This document shows positions 39,235 through 49,089 of a stretch of 64,000 bases of DNA, one piece after another (within the stretch, counting starts at the first letter, position 1; every line of letters starts with the position of its first letter). A model generated the notes under the pieces. It did not search any database, was not told the origin of the DNA, and was given only the letters and a program-made list of their open reading frames with translations. The position numbers and the translations under genes are program-made. This stretch comes from an uncultured Verrucomicrobiae bacterium (GTDB lineage Bacteria; Verrucomicrobiota; Verrucomicrobiia; Chthoniobacterales; UBA10450): NCBI GenBank assembly GCA_963772365.1, contig CAVYXA010000005.1, positions 32,001 to 96,000 on the forward strand, written 5' to 3'.

Positions 39235-40712
39235 ATGCAGTCATCCGTCGTCAATCATCGGTCGTCTGGAGACAAAGTCTCTCGCGTCCTAAGAAACTTC
39301 GTCAATTGGCTCGATAACTACGGCGACACTTCTTGGGATCACCAAAGTTTTTTTGCGGGACCGACGGGACGCATGGCAAAATCATTGTATTATCGACATC
39401 GATTCATCGGAACTGCGGCAGTCGCTCCGATGATTTTGTGTGAAGCCATCCTGCCCTCGGCAAGGCGACTGTTCCATCATCCAATCCGGTTCCCGATCTC
39501 CGATGCGCATTACGCGATGGCTTTGCCTTTCTTTATGAAACGACTGGAGAGCTTCATTGCCTCACGAAAGCAATTCACTTTTTAGATGAACTAAAAAAGT
39601 CGCGCAGTCCTGATTTCGAAGATTACTGCTGGGGTTATCCATTCGATTGGGTCACGCGCAAAGGAACAATTAAGGCACACACACCGCTGATCACGACAAC
39701 GCCGTACTGCTATGAGGCGTTTTTGCAAGTAGCGAAGCTGCTTGGTCAGAGATCAGAGATCAGAGATCAGAGATCAGATCGTGAATCTGAGGAATCAGCG
39801 TCTTCTGACTTCCGACCGCTGACATCTGGCCTCTGTGCGATGGACATCGCCGAGTCCATCGCGCGGCACGCAGCCAATGACATCAAAGACTTTCCAACGT
39901 CGGCAGCGGGCAGCAGTTGTTCTTACACGCCTTATGATGAAGGCGGAGTCATTAACGCTGCGGCGTATCGTGCTTTCCTGCTGACGAGCGCATCACAGGT
40001 TTTTTCCAATGACGATTACTGGAAGATCGGTGAGCGAAATCTGAATTTCGTTCTGGAGAACCAAAACCCCGATGGTTCCTGGTTTTATGCCGTCGATGGC
40101 GTGCGCAATTTTGTCGATCATTATCACACATGCTTTGTCATGAAGGCGCTGGCCAAGATTCACGATCTGACCGGGCATGAAGCGACTTTTACGGCACTCG
40201 AAAAGGGCGTTCAGTATTACCTCGAAAATCTGTTTGCGGAGGATGGAATGCCGAAGCCTTTTGCCAAGGCGCCGCGGCTGACCGTTTACAAACGGGAGCT
40301 CTACGACTGTGCCGAGTGCATCAATCTCTGCCTGTTGTTGCGCGACCGGTTCCCCGAGCTGGACACCACGCTGGAAACCGTCGTTCACGGAATGCTGAGC
40401 GACTGGATCAAGCCCGACGGCTCGTTCCGCTCGCGCCGGTTGCATCTTGGCTGGGACAACGTCCCGATGCATCGCTGGGGGCAGTCGCAGATGTTTCGCG
40501 CGCTCGCGCTCTATTTGCGCGAAACATCTGCGCAAGAGGACAGAAGTCAGAGGACAGGAGTCAGAGGTCAGATGTCAGCGGTCAGCGGTTCGCAGGGCGC
40601 GAACTATACGGCGGGAGGTCGTGAGAATCGATCTAGGGAAGCCGGCGACTCGGTTTTGGTGAAGACCGAGAGGTCAGAAATCGGTCGCAGCCGTCGGCCA
40701 TCAGTCGTCTGA
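39235..40712 (+). CDS. EPS-locus alpha/alpha-barrel-like protein, frameshift near 39525
   Basis: Frames join via CWGYPFDW...TPLITTT; QNPDGSWFY, FVDHYHTCF, MHRWGQSQM. Confidence 0.6.
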
Positions 40713-40717
40713 GTTAG

Positions 40718-42500
40718 ATGCGCGTCATGAAGATCTTGTACGCTAATCAGGTGTCGGAAAACGTAAAGCGTCTGAGCGCGCTGGCGGAGTGCCTTGGAAT
40801 CGAGACGGAACTCATAAACATTGGAGGAAATGGATCGTTCCTGACGCTGTTTGGGAATGGCTCACAAAAAAGAGGGATCGCTTTGGATGTAGCGAGCCTG
40901 AAGCACCGCACGAGTGGCGACGAACTGCGAAAGACGCTCGTTTCCGGTAGCGTGGCCAGTCTGCTCATTCTTGTGACGGACAACGACGAAGCAACCAATC
41001 GCTTCATCCGAGATCTAACGGCCGGAGAAATATCCGGTGTCGATCCGCAACGTTCGGTTGGAAAAGTATCATTCCCAGCATCTGGACAAGCGCTAAACCA
41101 TGATTTGTCTTCGCAGATATATCCGAGACAAAGTAAGGATGCGATTACGTTGAGGATTGCGCCTCCTTCAACTGCCGAGGTTGTAATGGAACTGAACGGT
41201 GCGGCCGGCTTTGCGCATTTCCGCCATGGTCGCGCCGAGTTTTTTATTTGGAGCACGACAGAAGTATTCGACATGAATCGCCGACTAGCAGCCGAGCTGG
41301 AGTTTGAACTCGCTTCCGATGAATATATTCCGGGTATCATCTTTCTCAGATCTGCATTCGGACAGCGGTGCTGGCATAACCCCGTTTCCGGCGCGGGAAT
41401 CGTCATCGACGATCCGTTGCTCAAGGAAAATTACGGCTTTATCGACTTTCGAAAACTTTTGGAGTCTGCCCGGAAACATCAATATCACGTCACCCTGGCT
41501 TTTATTCCCTGGAACTATTGGCGTAGCCGTCGCAAGACAACCCAGTTATTTCGGGATTATTCAGATTGCTTCGATATTTGTGCTCATGGGTGCGATCACA
41601 CTGACAGCGAATTCAGACACGGAAGTTACGACGAACTGCTGAGCCGAAATTTCATCGCCAGCAACCGAATGGCTACGCACGCTCTGCGCACCGGCATGGA
41701 GTCGGCAGCCCCTCATGGTATGTCCGAAGGAGCAATATTCGACCAAAGCGATGCAGGCTTTTGCCGATAGCAGGCAATTCATTGCGCTGATTTGCACTGC
41801 CTGCATGCCGCGCGACTTGGATCGGCCCGCACTAACAGGTTCCGATCTACTCCTTCCAGCGCAGGATTCCTTCTCAGGGTTCCCGGTTTTCAAGCGGCAT
41901 TACTCGAATGGGATGCAGACAGGTGTTTTCGCGATGGCGTTGTTCCTAGGGAAGCCAGCAATTCTGGTCGAGCATCATCAGTTTTTCCGCGGGGGACCGG
42001 CCGGTGCGGAGGAGTTCGCCAGACTGATCCGTGAGATGCAGCCGGGGTTGCGATGGAGGTCGCTTCAACAAACGGTGATGCGCACACATGCCCGACGCCA
42101 AATTTCCCATGACCGGTGGGCGATCCGATTTTTTACCGATCAGTTTCTTTTGGAACCGGTTCCGGAAAGCGGAATTCAATACGAGTTTATTCGAAGAGTT
42201 CCGGAGCCGACGCGTGTCGAATGCGTGCGTGTGGCAGGCAAGGAGATTCCATTCCGCAAACGGGATGGATTCCTCACATTCGAAACGGAATTGCGAGAGC
42301 CGGAGACCGTCCTTGTCGAGGTTAAAGTCACTCCCGCCAGACCAAGCAAATCGGCCTCAAACGGCGTCAAGCACCATACTCGGGTGGCACTTCGGCGCGG
42401 TCTGTGCGAAATGAGGGATAATCTGGTCGCGCGAAATCGATTTGCCGTTAACGCGGGTCGACGTCTGATGAAGACTTTCGGGCAGAAAGCGCGTCAATGA
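40718..42500 (+). CDS. Polysaccharide deacetylase-like protein, frameshift near 41710
   Basis: IVIDDP, LAFIPWN, ICAHGCDH; second ORF continues MVCPKE...LVEHH. Confidence 0.6.
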
Positions 42501-42623
42501 TCAGAGGTCTGAGGCCAGCGGTCAGAAATCACAGATTCGCCGCGGCGAATCCATCTATTGGCGGATCAGAAGTCAGATCACGTTGTAACGTTGTAACCAT
42601 TTAACGATTCACTTTCGCGAAGC

Positions 42624-44514
42624 ATGTGCGGCATAACAGGCCAGTTTAACTTTATCCGGCGCGAACCGGTCGAACCGGACACGATCCGGCGCATGACTGC
42701 GACGATCGTTCACCGCGGACCGGACGATGAAGGGTATTACATTGCCGGGGGCATCGGGCTGGGCGTTCGCCGATTGTCTATCATCGATATTGCGGGCGGG
42801 CATCAGCCGATGTCCGACGCGGAAGAGACTGTCTGGGTCGCGTTCAATGGTGAGATTTACAATTTCAAAGAACTTCGCATCGAACTCGAACAGCATGGTC
42901 ACCAATTCCGCACCAAGTCCGATACGGAGGTGATCATTCACGGTTATAAACAATGGGGAACGGAGATCTTGAATCATCTCAATGGGATGTTCGGACTCGC
43001 CATTTGGGACGTGAAAAAACAGAGACTCGTCGTGGCGCGCGATGCCATGGGCATCAAGCTAATCTATTATAGGATCGACAATGGACGGCTGACCTTTGGG
43101 TCCGAAATCCGGCCGCTTCTTGCCGCAGACGATTCCAAGCCGGATGTCGATCCGGTCGCGCTGAATCTCTTTCTTCGTTTTCGTTATACGCCATCGCCGT
43201 TAACCATTTACCAGGGCATTCGAAAACTCGCGCCCGGCACGATGCTGGTTTGCGAAGATGGCAAGTGTGAAGAGAAACGCTGGTATAACTTTGTCCGAAC
43301 TCCGTTTCCGGAACACAAGGGCGAACAAGAAAGACGCGAAGAACTGCTGGAGTTGTATCGCGCGGCGGTCCGGCGACATTTGTTGAGCGATGTCCCAGTT
43401 GGGATTCTTCTCAGCGGTGGGCTCGACTCGGGATTGCTCCTGGCGCTGATGAACGAGCAGGGCGGTCCCTGGCCGGCTTATACGATCGGCTACGGCGAAA
43501 CATTCGATGACGACGAGCTGGTCGATGCAGCCGAAACGGCGAGGGCATTGGGTGCGCGGCATGTCACGGTAAAACTCGATCGAGGCGAGTTTGAAAGATC
43601 GCTGCCTAAAATCGTGGAATGCCTCGAGGAACCGATTGCTGCTTCTTCCATTGTGCCGATGTATTTTATCTGTGAGCGGGCACGACAGGATGTAAAGGTC
43701 GCCTTGATCGGCCAGGGACCCGACGAACTATTCGGCGGCTACAAACGTCACCTCGGTGTGTCACTATGGCGATTGGTGGCGGCTTCTACCGAAGAGTGTC
43801 CGGTCCGCTTTTGGGTATGCGGTAAACGGGCTGCCCCGCAACGAGACTCTCAAACGCGGCGTCGCTTCGCTGGGGACAAACGATCGGTTGAAACGATACC
43901 AGGATGTATTCGCGCTGGCGCCGGCCGAGACGATCGACGGTTTGTTTCAGGATGGCCTATTTCGAAATGGCCGCAGCCATGGTTTGGCCGATTACTGGAG
44001 CGACCTCGTACCCCAAATGGTCCATACCGATGAGCTGGGCGGATTTCAGCTGCTCGAGATCCGGTCGTCGCTTCCAGACGAGCTGCTCATGTATGCGGAC
44101 AAGCTATCAATGGCCCACAGCTTGGAGGCGCGTGTGCCGTATCTCGACCGGACCGTGGTGGAATACGTCCAGAGATTAAACGCCGATCTCAAGATTCGGA
44201 ACGGCAGCCGGAAATGGCTCCACCGGCAGGTCTGCGCGAAATATTTGCCGCGCCGGATTCTCAAGGGAAAGAAGCGTGGCTTCGCCGTAAACGTGGTGGA
44301 CGATTGGTTTCGCTCATCGCTGAATGGGAAATTCCAGGAATCGCTGCTCGACGAAGGTTCGCTCATGTTCGGCCTGCTCAAGTCCGGAGCGATACGGGAA
44401 CTGGTGAACGACCATCAATCCGGGCGTCAGGACAATCACAAGGTGCTGTTCAGCCTGGTGATGTTCGAGCAGTGGCTGCGCAGCAAAACATCACTTGCTG
44501 GCAAAAATCAGTAG
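42624..44514 (+). CDS. asnB: Asparagine synthase-like amidotransferase (glutamine-hydrolysing), frameshift near 43765
   Basis: MCGITG, HRGPD, FNGEIYN, LSGGLDS, GPDELFGGY, DKLSMAHSLEARVPYLD. Confidence 0.9.
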
Positions 44515-44519
44515 GACGG

Positions 44520-45557
44520 ATGAAATCTGCAATCAACAAGGCGTTTCTTTTTGCTTCCTATGGTTTCCCGCGGGCAATCCTTGCGAGGACCATTCATTTC
44601 CCCTTACTGGCACCGTTTTATCATCTGGTTAGTGATGATCACCCGCCACACATTAAGTATTTATTTCGTTATCGGACGATTGCCGAATTCAAAAGGGACA
44701 TAGAGTTTTTCTTACAAGATTACCACCCGATCAGTCTTGATGAAATCCTTCTACACATTAGAACGGGAAAAGCTCTGTCCCGAAAAAGCTTCTTTCTCTC
44801 TTTCGACGATGGACTACGCGAGATTCACGAAGTAATTGCACCGATTCTGAAGGAAAAAGGAATTCCGGCGACTTTCTTCGTGACAACCGCAACGCTCGAC
44901 AACGCCGACATGATCTACAGGCACAAAGCGAGCCTGATCGTTGATCAACTGATGAGAGTACAACAACAAAACATCGCAGAAGTGAAAAGAGTCCTGGGGA
45001 AAAGAGGAATCTACAATGACGATCTTGCGGCTGCAGTCCTTGGCGTAAAGTACAGGGACCGTGAAGTGCTCGATGACGTAGCACAATGCATCGAATTAGA
45101 CCTTAGAGAATACCTGGCTCGACGACGGCCCTACGCAAGCACTGGCGAAATCAAAAAGTTGATCTCAGAAGGGTTTACCATTGGTGCACACAGCGTTGAT
45201 CACCCGTTTTATCCAGAATTGCCCGTTGATGATCAATTGCGACAGACCAACGAAAGTCTCGAGATTGTCACCCGGCTATTTGGGCTTTCCTACAGAGCTT
45301 TCGCTTTTCCCTTCGGGGATAATGGAGTTCCAAAGCGATTTTTTAATCAAGTCCTGGCAGAAAACGCAGCCGATGTCCTGTTCGGTAGCAGCAGCTCATT
45401 TTGGAACGACGAATATTATCCGTTCGCTGTTCAGAGGCTCGGTATGGAGAGCGGATTTCATAGAGCGGCGGATAATCTGCGCGTCGCTGAGATCAAGTTC
45501 GGACTAAGAGTGATGATTGGCAGGTCGAACGTTAGAAGATCGAGTGGTAGAAATTAA
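44520..45557 (+). CDS. Polysaccharide deacetylase
   Basis: YHLV, LSFDDG, PATFFV, IGAHSVDHP, FAFPFG. Confidence 0.9.
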   Translation: MKSAINKAFLFASYGFPRAILARTIHFPLLAPFYHLVSDDHPPHIKYLFRYRTIAEFKRDIEFFLQDYHPISLDEILLHIRTGKALSRKSFFLSFDDGLREIHEVIAPILKEKGIPATFFVTTATLDNADMIYRHKASLIVDQLMRVQQQNIAEVKRVLGKRGIYNDDLAAAVLGVKYRDREVLDDVAQCIELDLREYLARRRPYASTGEIKKLISEGFTIGAHSVDHPFYPELPVDDQLRQTNESLEIVTRLFGLSYRAFAFPFGDNGVPKRFFNQVLAENAADVLFGSSSSFWNDEYYPFAVQRLGMESGFHRAADNLRVAEIKFGLRVMIGRSNVRRSSGRN

Positions 45558-46653
45558 GCAATACACACTGGCCGATTTGAGCGAGCTGGTGCACTCGAAC
45601 AGTTTTTGGAATGGAGATTTGATTCCAATTACAAAGCATCGCGCATTGTCCCAAGTCAAAAACCCACGCGCCCACCCGGAAGACGTTGTTTTGCTTGTCG
45701 CCCGAGACGGGGACACAATTTGTGGATTTACCGGTGTGTTGCCTGACCTCATTTTCTTGCCGGAAGAAACGCTCAGAGTAGGATGGCTTACGGCATGGTG
45801 GAGGAAACCCGGTTCACGATATGCAGGGATAGGGTCGAAGCTTCTGATGAGGGCGTTAGAGCTTTATCAGGGAGCAATTTGCGTGGAACCGCCTTCAGAG
45901 TCTGCCAGGAAGGTCCTGGAGAGGTCAGGACAATTCGTAACCCTGCAGGAGAACACGGAGGTGCGAGCGATCATAAGAGTGAATACGCGCTCTATTCTTT
46001 CTCGAAAGATTCCTGCATTGAAGAAATTCGGATTGTTTCTTGGACTGCCCGATAGTCTGGCGAACATTTTTTGCCGAGCGAGATTGCGATTTTGGACGGC
46101 GCGGCATGGAATCTCCGGAGCGCTGCGGGTCGAGTATATTACTGCAGTCGACCCTGAAACAGCCGATTTCGTAAACAAGCTCCGGGACCATGATTTGCAC
46201 AGAATGGGTGCGCCCGAGTTAAACTGGATTGCCCAGAGTCCGTGGATTTTAACGGCGCCTTTGAAGGAGGGAACGGTAAAGAACTACTATTTTTCAGCGA
46301 CCGCTAAAGAATCACTTTGTTTGATGATAAAGATTCTCGAATCTAAGGGCTCTCTGATTGGTTTTGCGATCCTGACGTTAATCAATGGGCACTTAAGAGT
46401 CCCATACTGTTACATGCAGCCCGAGCATGCCGATGAAGTATTTCGAGTCATCGGCGAACATGCGGTCGCCCTGCGAGCCGAAAGTCTCACCCTTGGTCGA
46501 TCGGAATTAAAAGCGAGTATGCGTCGCCTGAGGTTTCCATGTCTCCTAAGGAGCCAGAGGCTGCGCCGGTGGACGATTGGGAATCTGTACGCTGGCAAGG
46601 TCACACGCTGTGCTCAAATTCAGGATGGAGCCGGAGACTGCGCATTTTTTTAG
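45517..46653 (+). CDS. GNAT-like protein
   Basis: LVARDGDTICGF, GIGSKLL acyl-CoA-binding-like motif; ends DGAGDCAF. Confidence 0.55.
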   Translation: MAGRTLEDRVVEIKQYTLADLSELVHSNSFWNGDLIPITKHRALSQVKNPRAHPEDVVLLVARDGDTICGFTGVLPDLIFLPEETLRVGWLTAWWRKPGSRYAGIGSKLLMRALELYQGAICVEPPSESARKVLERSGQFVTLQENTEVRAIIRVNTRSILSRKIPALKKFGLFLGLPDSLANIFCRARLRFWTARHGISGALRVEYITAVDPETADFVNKLRDHDLHRMGAPELNWIAQSPWILTAPLKEGTVKNYYFSATAKESLCLMIKILESKGSLIGFAILTLINGHLRVPYCYMQPEHADEVFRVIGEHAVALRAESLTLGRSELKASMRRLRFPCLLRSQRLRRWTIGNLYAGKVTRCAQIQDGAGDCAFF

Positions 46654-46753
46654 AGTTCTGAAACCGGCTTTCGGCGGGTTAGCGGAGCCAGCGGATCTGT
46701 GTTGGAAACGGTCGGAAGCACTGAATAATAAGCCGTAGGGCTTTTGTGAATCG

Positions 46754-47755
46754 GTGAGTGACGTGTCTAATAACTCTGCAAATGTCAGAATTTTTGAGGA
46801 GACAATCCGCTTCAGGGGCGTCCCTGTGCGGCGAACCGCTGTGTTGGTTGATCATCAAACATTCATCATTTCGGGAAAGTTTCTGAGAACGGCAAGCTTG
46901 AAAAGAGAGTGGCAGGAGGATGTGAGCGACCCGAGAACGGTCATTCAAGCACTAACGAGTGACCTTGCGAGACCCGATCTGCTGAAGTTCTGGCAGAGGG
47001 TTCCCGACATTGCTGCCAAGTTTGGCTACTACAAGGAATGGCGGCAAATTGCCGCGATCCCGATCACCAGTTACAAGCAATGGTTTGAAAAACAAATCAG
47101 TCCCAAGGCGCGAAACAAAATTCGAAAGTCGCAGAAACTTGGGGTCGTTGTCAGACAGGTCGATCTTAATGACGACTTTGTTAGCGGCGTCATGGCAATC
47201 TACAACCAATCTCCGATCCGGCGCGGGAAGCCGTTCTGGCATTACGGAAAAGATTTCGAGACGGTAAAGAGCGAATTATCGGCTGATTTGGACAGCTCTG
47301 TTCTTATCGGTGCCTATTACAAGGAAGAGCTAATCGGTTTCATTAAGTTTATGATCACCGACAGATACGCGATGACGCTGTTGATTCTGGATAAGATATC
47401 GCATCGCGACAAAGCGCCAATGAACGCGATGATCGCAAAGATCGTGGAGATTTGCGCCGACGAGAAGATTCCATATTTCACCTATACAGTGTGGCGGCGG
47501 GGCGAGCATGGTCAGTTTCAAGAAAGTGTTGGATTCAAAAAAATCCCAGTGCCCGAATACTTCGTTCCTTTGACAGCAAAGGGGAAATTAGCTTTGTGGC
47601 TCGGGTTACATAAAGGACTCAAGGGAGCGCTCCCAGAAAAAATAATGGTTTGGCTGTTAACAATGAGAGCGAAATGGTACGCAATGAAGTATTCTAAAAA
47701 ACACCGTACCCGATTGAACGCTGGGCACAAATCCATGGCGGTATCCTCGACCTAG
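46754..47755 (+). CDS. FemAB-like GNAT-fold protein
   Basis: ISPKARNKIRKSQKLGVVV matches the Fem-family R..IRK..K.GV helix; LIGAYYKEELIGF; PMNAMIAKIVE. Confidence 0.6.
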   Translation: MSDVSNNSANVRIFEETIRFRGVPVRRTAVLVDHQTFIISGKFLRTASLKREWQEDVSDPRTVIQALTSDLARPDLLKFWQRVPDIAAKFGYYKEWRQIAAIPITSYKQWFEKQISPKARNKIRKSQKLGVVVRQVDLNDDFVSGVMAIYNQSPIRRGKPFWHYGKDFETVKSELSADLDSSVLIGAYYKEELIGFIKFMITDRYAMTLLILDKISHRDKAPMNAMIAKIVEICADEKIPYFTYTVWRRGEHGQFQESVGFKKIPVPEYFVPLTAKGKLALWLGLHKGLKGALPEKIMVWLLTMRAKWYAMKYSKKHRTRLNAGHKSMAVSST

Positions 47756-47808
47756 CCTCGTTTTCGGTTCCTCGTGATTTAGCGCGTACGGACTACGTAC
47801 TGAAACTG

Positions 47809-48810
47809 ATGAAAAGCCCAATATTTATTGTGGGGCCGCACCGAAGCGGGAGCACGCTTTGGCATAATCTCATTGCGATGTGTCCAGGCGTCATGAGATT
47901 GGGCGATCCGCGGTTTCTCGCGCGGCGGGGACAACTCGATTTCAGATTCTTTCTTAACACACAGGCTCGTAACCTGGCGACGATCGAAGAGAGCGAAACT
48001 CTGGTCGAGCTCTGTTTCTCGAAAAAGCGCATCCCAGGTCTGGAAGGCGCTTTCTGGAGATTTGAAGGCATTCCCGCGGTGGACGATCCCGAATTGCGAA
48101 AGGAAGTTGCTCGCCGGATTTTTGAATCGGATCGGAGCTCGGGAACGATCGCGCGGATTTTGATTGAAGAGATCACGAGGTTTAGCGGATGTGAGCGGGC
48201 CTGCATCAAGTTTCCTGTCGATGTTGCGCATATCTCGGAGCTGATGGAATGGTTTCCGGAGGGGAAGGTTGTTCATATCACGCGGGATCCCCGAGCCTTG
48301 GCGATGTCGAAGAGCAACGATCCGTCCGGAACGGCGATTAAACTGGTGAAACATCCGCGGTTTGCCTGGCTGATAAGAAAGGCGAGCATCTGGGCGACAA
48401 TTGTTCAGTATCGCCTCAGTGCGCAAGTGCATCAGCAGTTTCAGGGGCGAACGAATTACCAGTTGTTTCGATATGAAGATTTATTGGCCGATCCGGAACA
48501 GATTTTGCGTGAGCTTTGCGAATTCATCGACACCGATTTTCAGGAAGAGATGCTTGAACCGCAAATGGGCCGCCATGAACATCAGCCGTCGAGCCTGACT
48601 GGCAAACGGCAGAAAGCGTTCGACCCAGCCGCAGCGGACCGATGGAGAAATGTGATTCCGCGAATAGATTACTGGCTGATCACCTGCTTTACGCACGGCA
48701 GCATGAAAACATTGGGATACGGAGACAGACGTCAGAAGTCACAAGTCAGAAATCAGCACTCGAAACACGACAATAGCTCGGACGTAGTTGAGTATTTCGC
48801 TGACCGCTGA
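47809..48810 (+). CDS. Sulfotransferase
   Basis: PIFIVGPHRSGSTL, ITRDPRA, RYEDLLADPE. Confidence 0.9.
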   Translation: MKSPIFIVGPHRSGSTLWHNLIAMCPGVMRLGDPRFLARRGQLDFRFFLNTQARNLATIEESETLVELCFSKKRIPGLEGAFWRFEGIPAVDDPELRKEVARRIFESDRSSGTIARILIEEITRFSGCERACIKFPVDVAHISELMEWFPEGKVVHITRDPRALAMSKSNDPSGTAIKLVKHPRFAWLIRKASIWATIVQYRLSAQVHQQFQGRTNYQLFRYEDLLADPEQILRELCEFIDTDFQEEMLEPQMGRHEHQPSSLTGKRQKAFDPAAADRWRNVIPRIDYWLITCFTHGSMKTLGYGDRRQKSQVRNQHSKHDNSSDVVEYFADR

Positions 48811-48872
48811 CCACTGATCGCTGTCTTCTGTCCTCCGTCGTCGGTCCTCTGTTTTGTTTTGGAATCTAATTT

Positions 48873-48963
48873 GGAGAGGTGGCTGAGTGGTTTAAGGCAG
48901 CAGCTCGAAAGAGCTGCTATACGGCAGCGGCCGTATCGGAGGTTCGAATCCTTCCCCTCTCCG
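48873..48963 (+). tRNA. Non-canonical tRNA-Ser-like gene lacking a normal anticodon loop
   Basis: GGAGAGG acceptor, GAGTGG D-loop, GCAGCTC-GAAA-GAGCTGC hairpin, long variable arm ATACGG/CCGTAT, GGAGG-TTCGAAT-CCTTC, G discriminator; CCA not encoded. Confidence 0.9.
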
Positions 48964-49089
48964 CTCTTCCAAAACTGAAATACTGAAAACTGAAACGCTG
49001 AAAATTCCAGCATGTCCGCCTTTCCCGCTTTTGTGTTCTCTGACTTCAGTTTTTCCTTTTATCAGAGTTTCAGATTTTTAGCGTAACTT

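Noticed and set aside
48873..48963. tRNA-Sec or a frameshift-suppressor tRNA explaining the frameshifts
   Set aside because: No TCA anticodon or Sec-type D-stem; the 8-nt loop self-pairs into a GAAA tetraloop, and the frameshift sites share no obvious common codon
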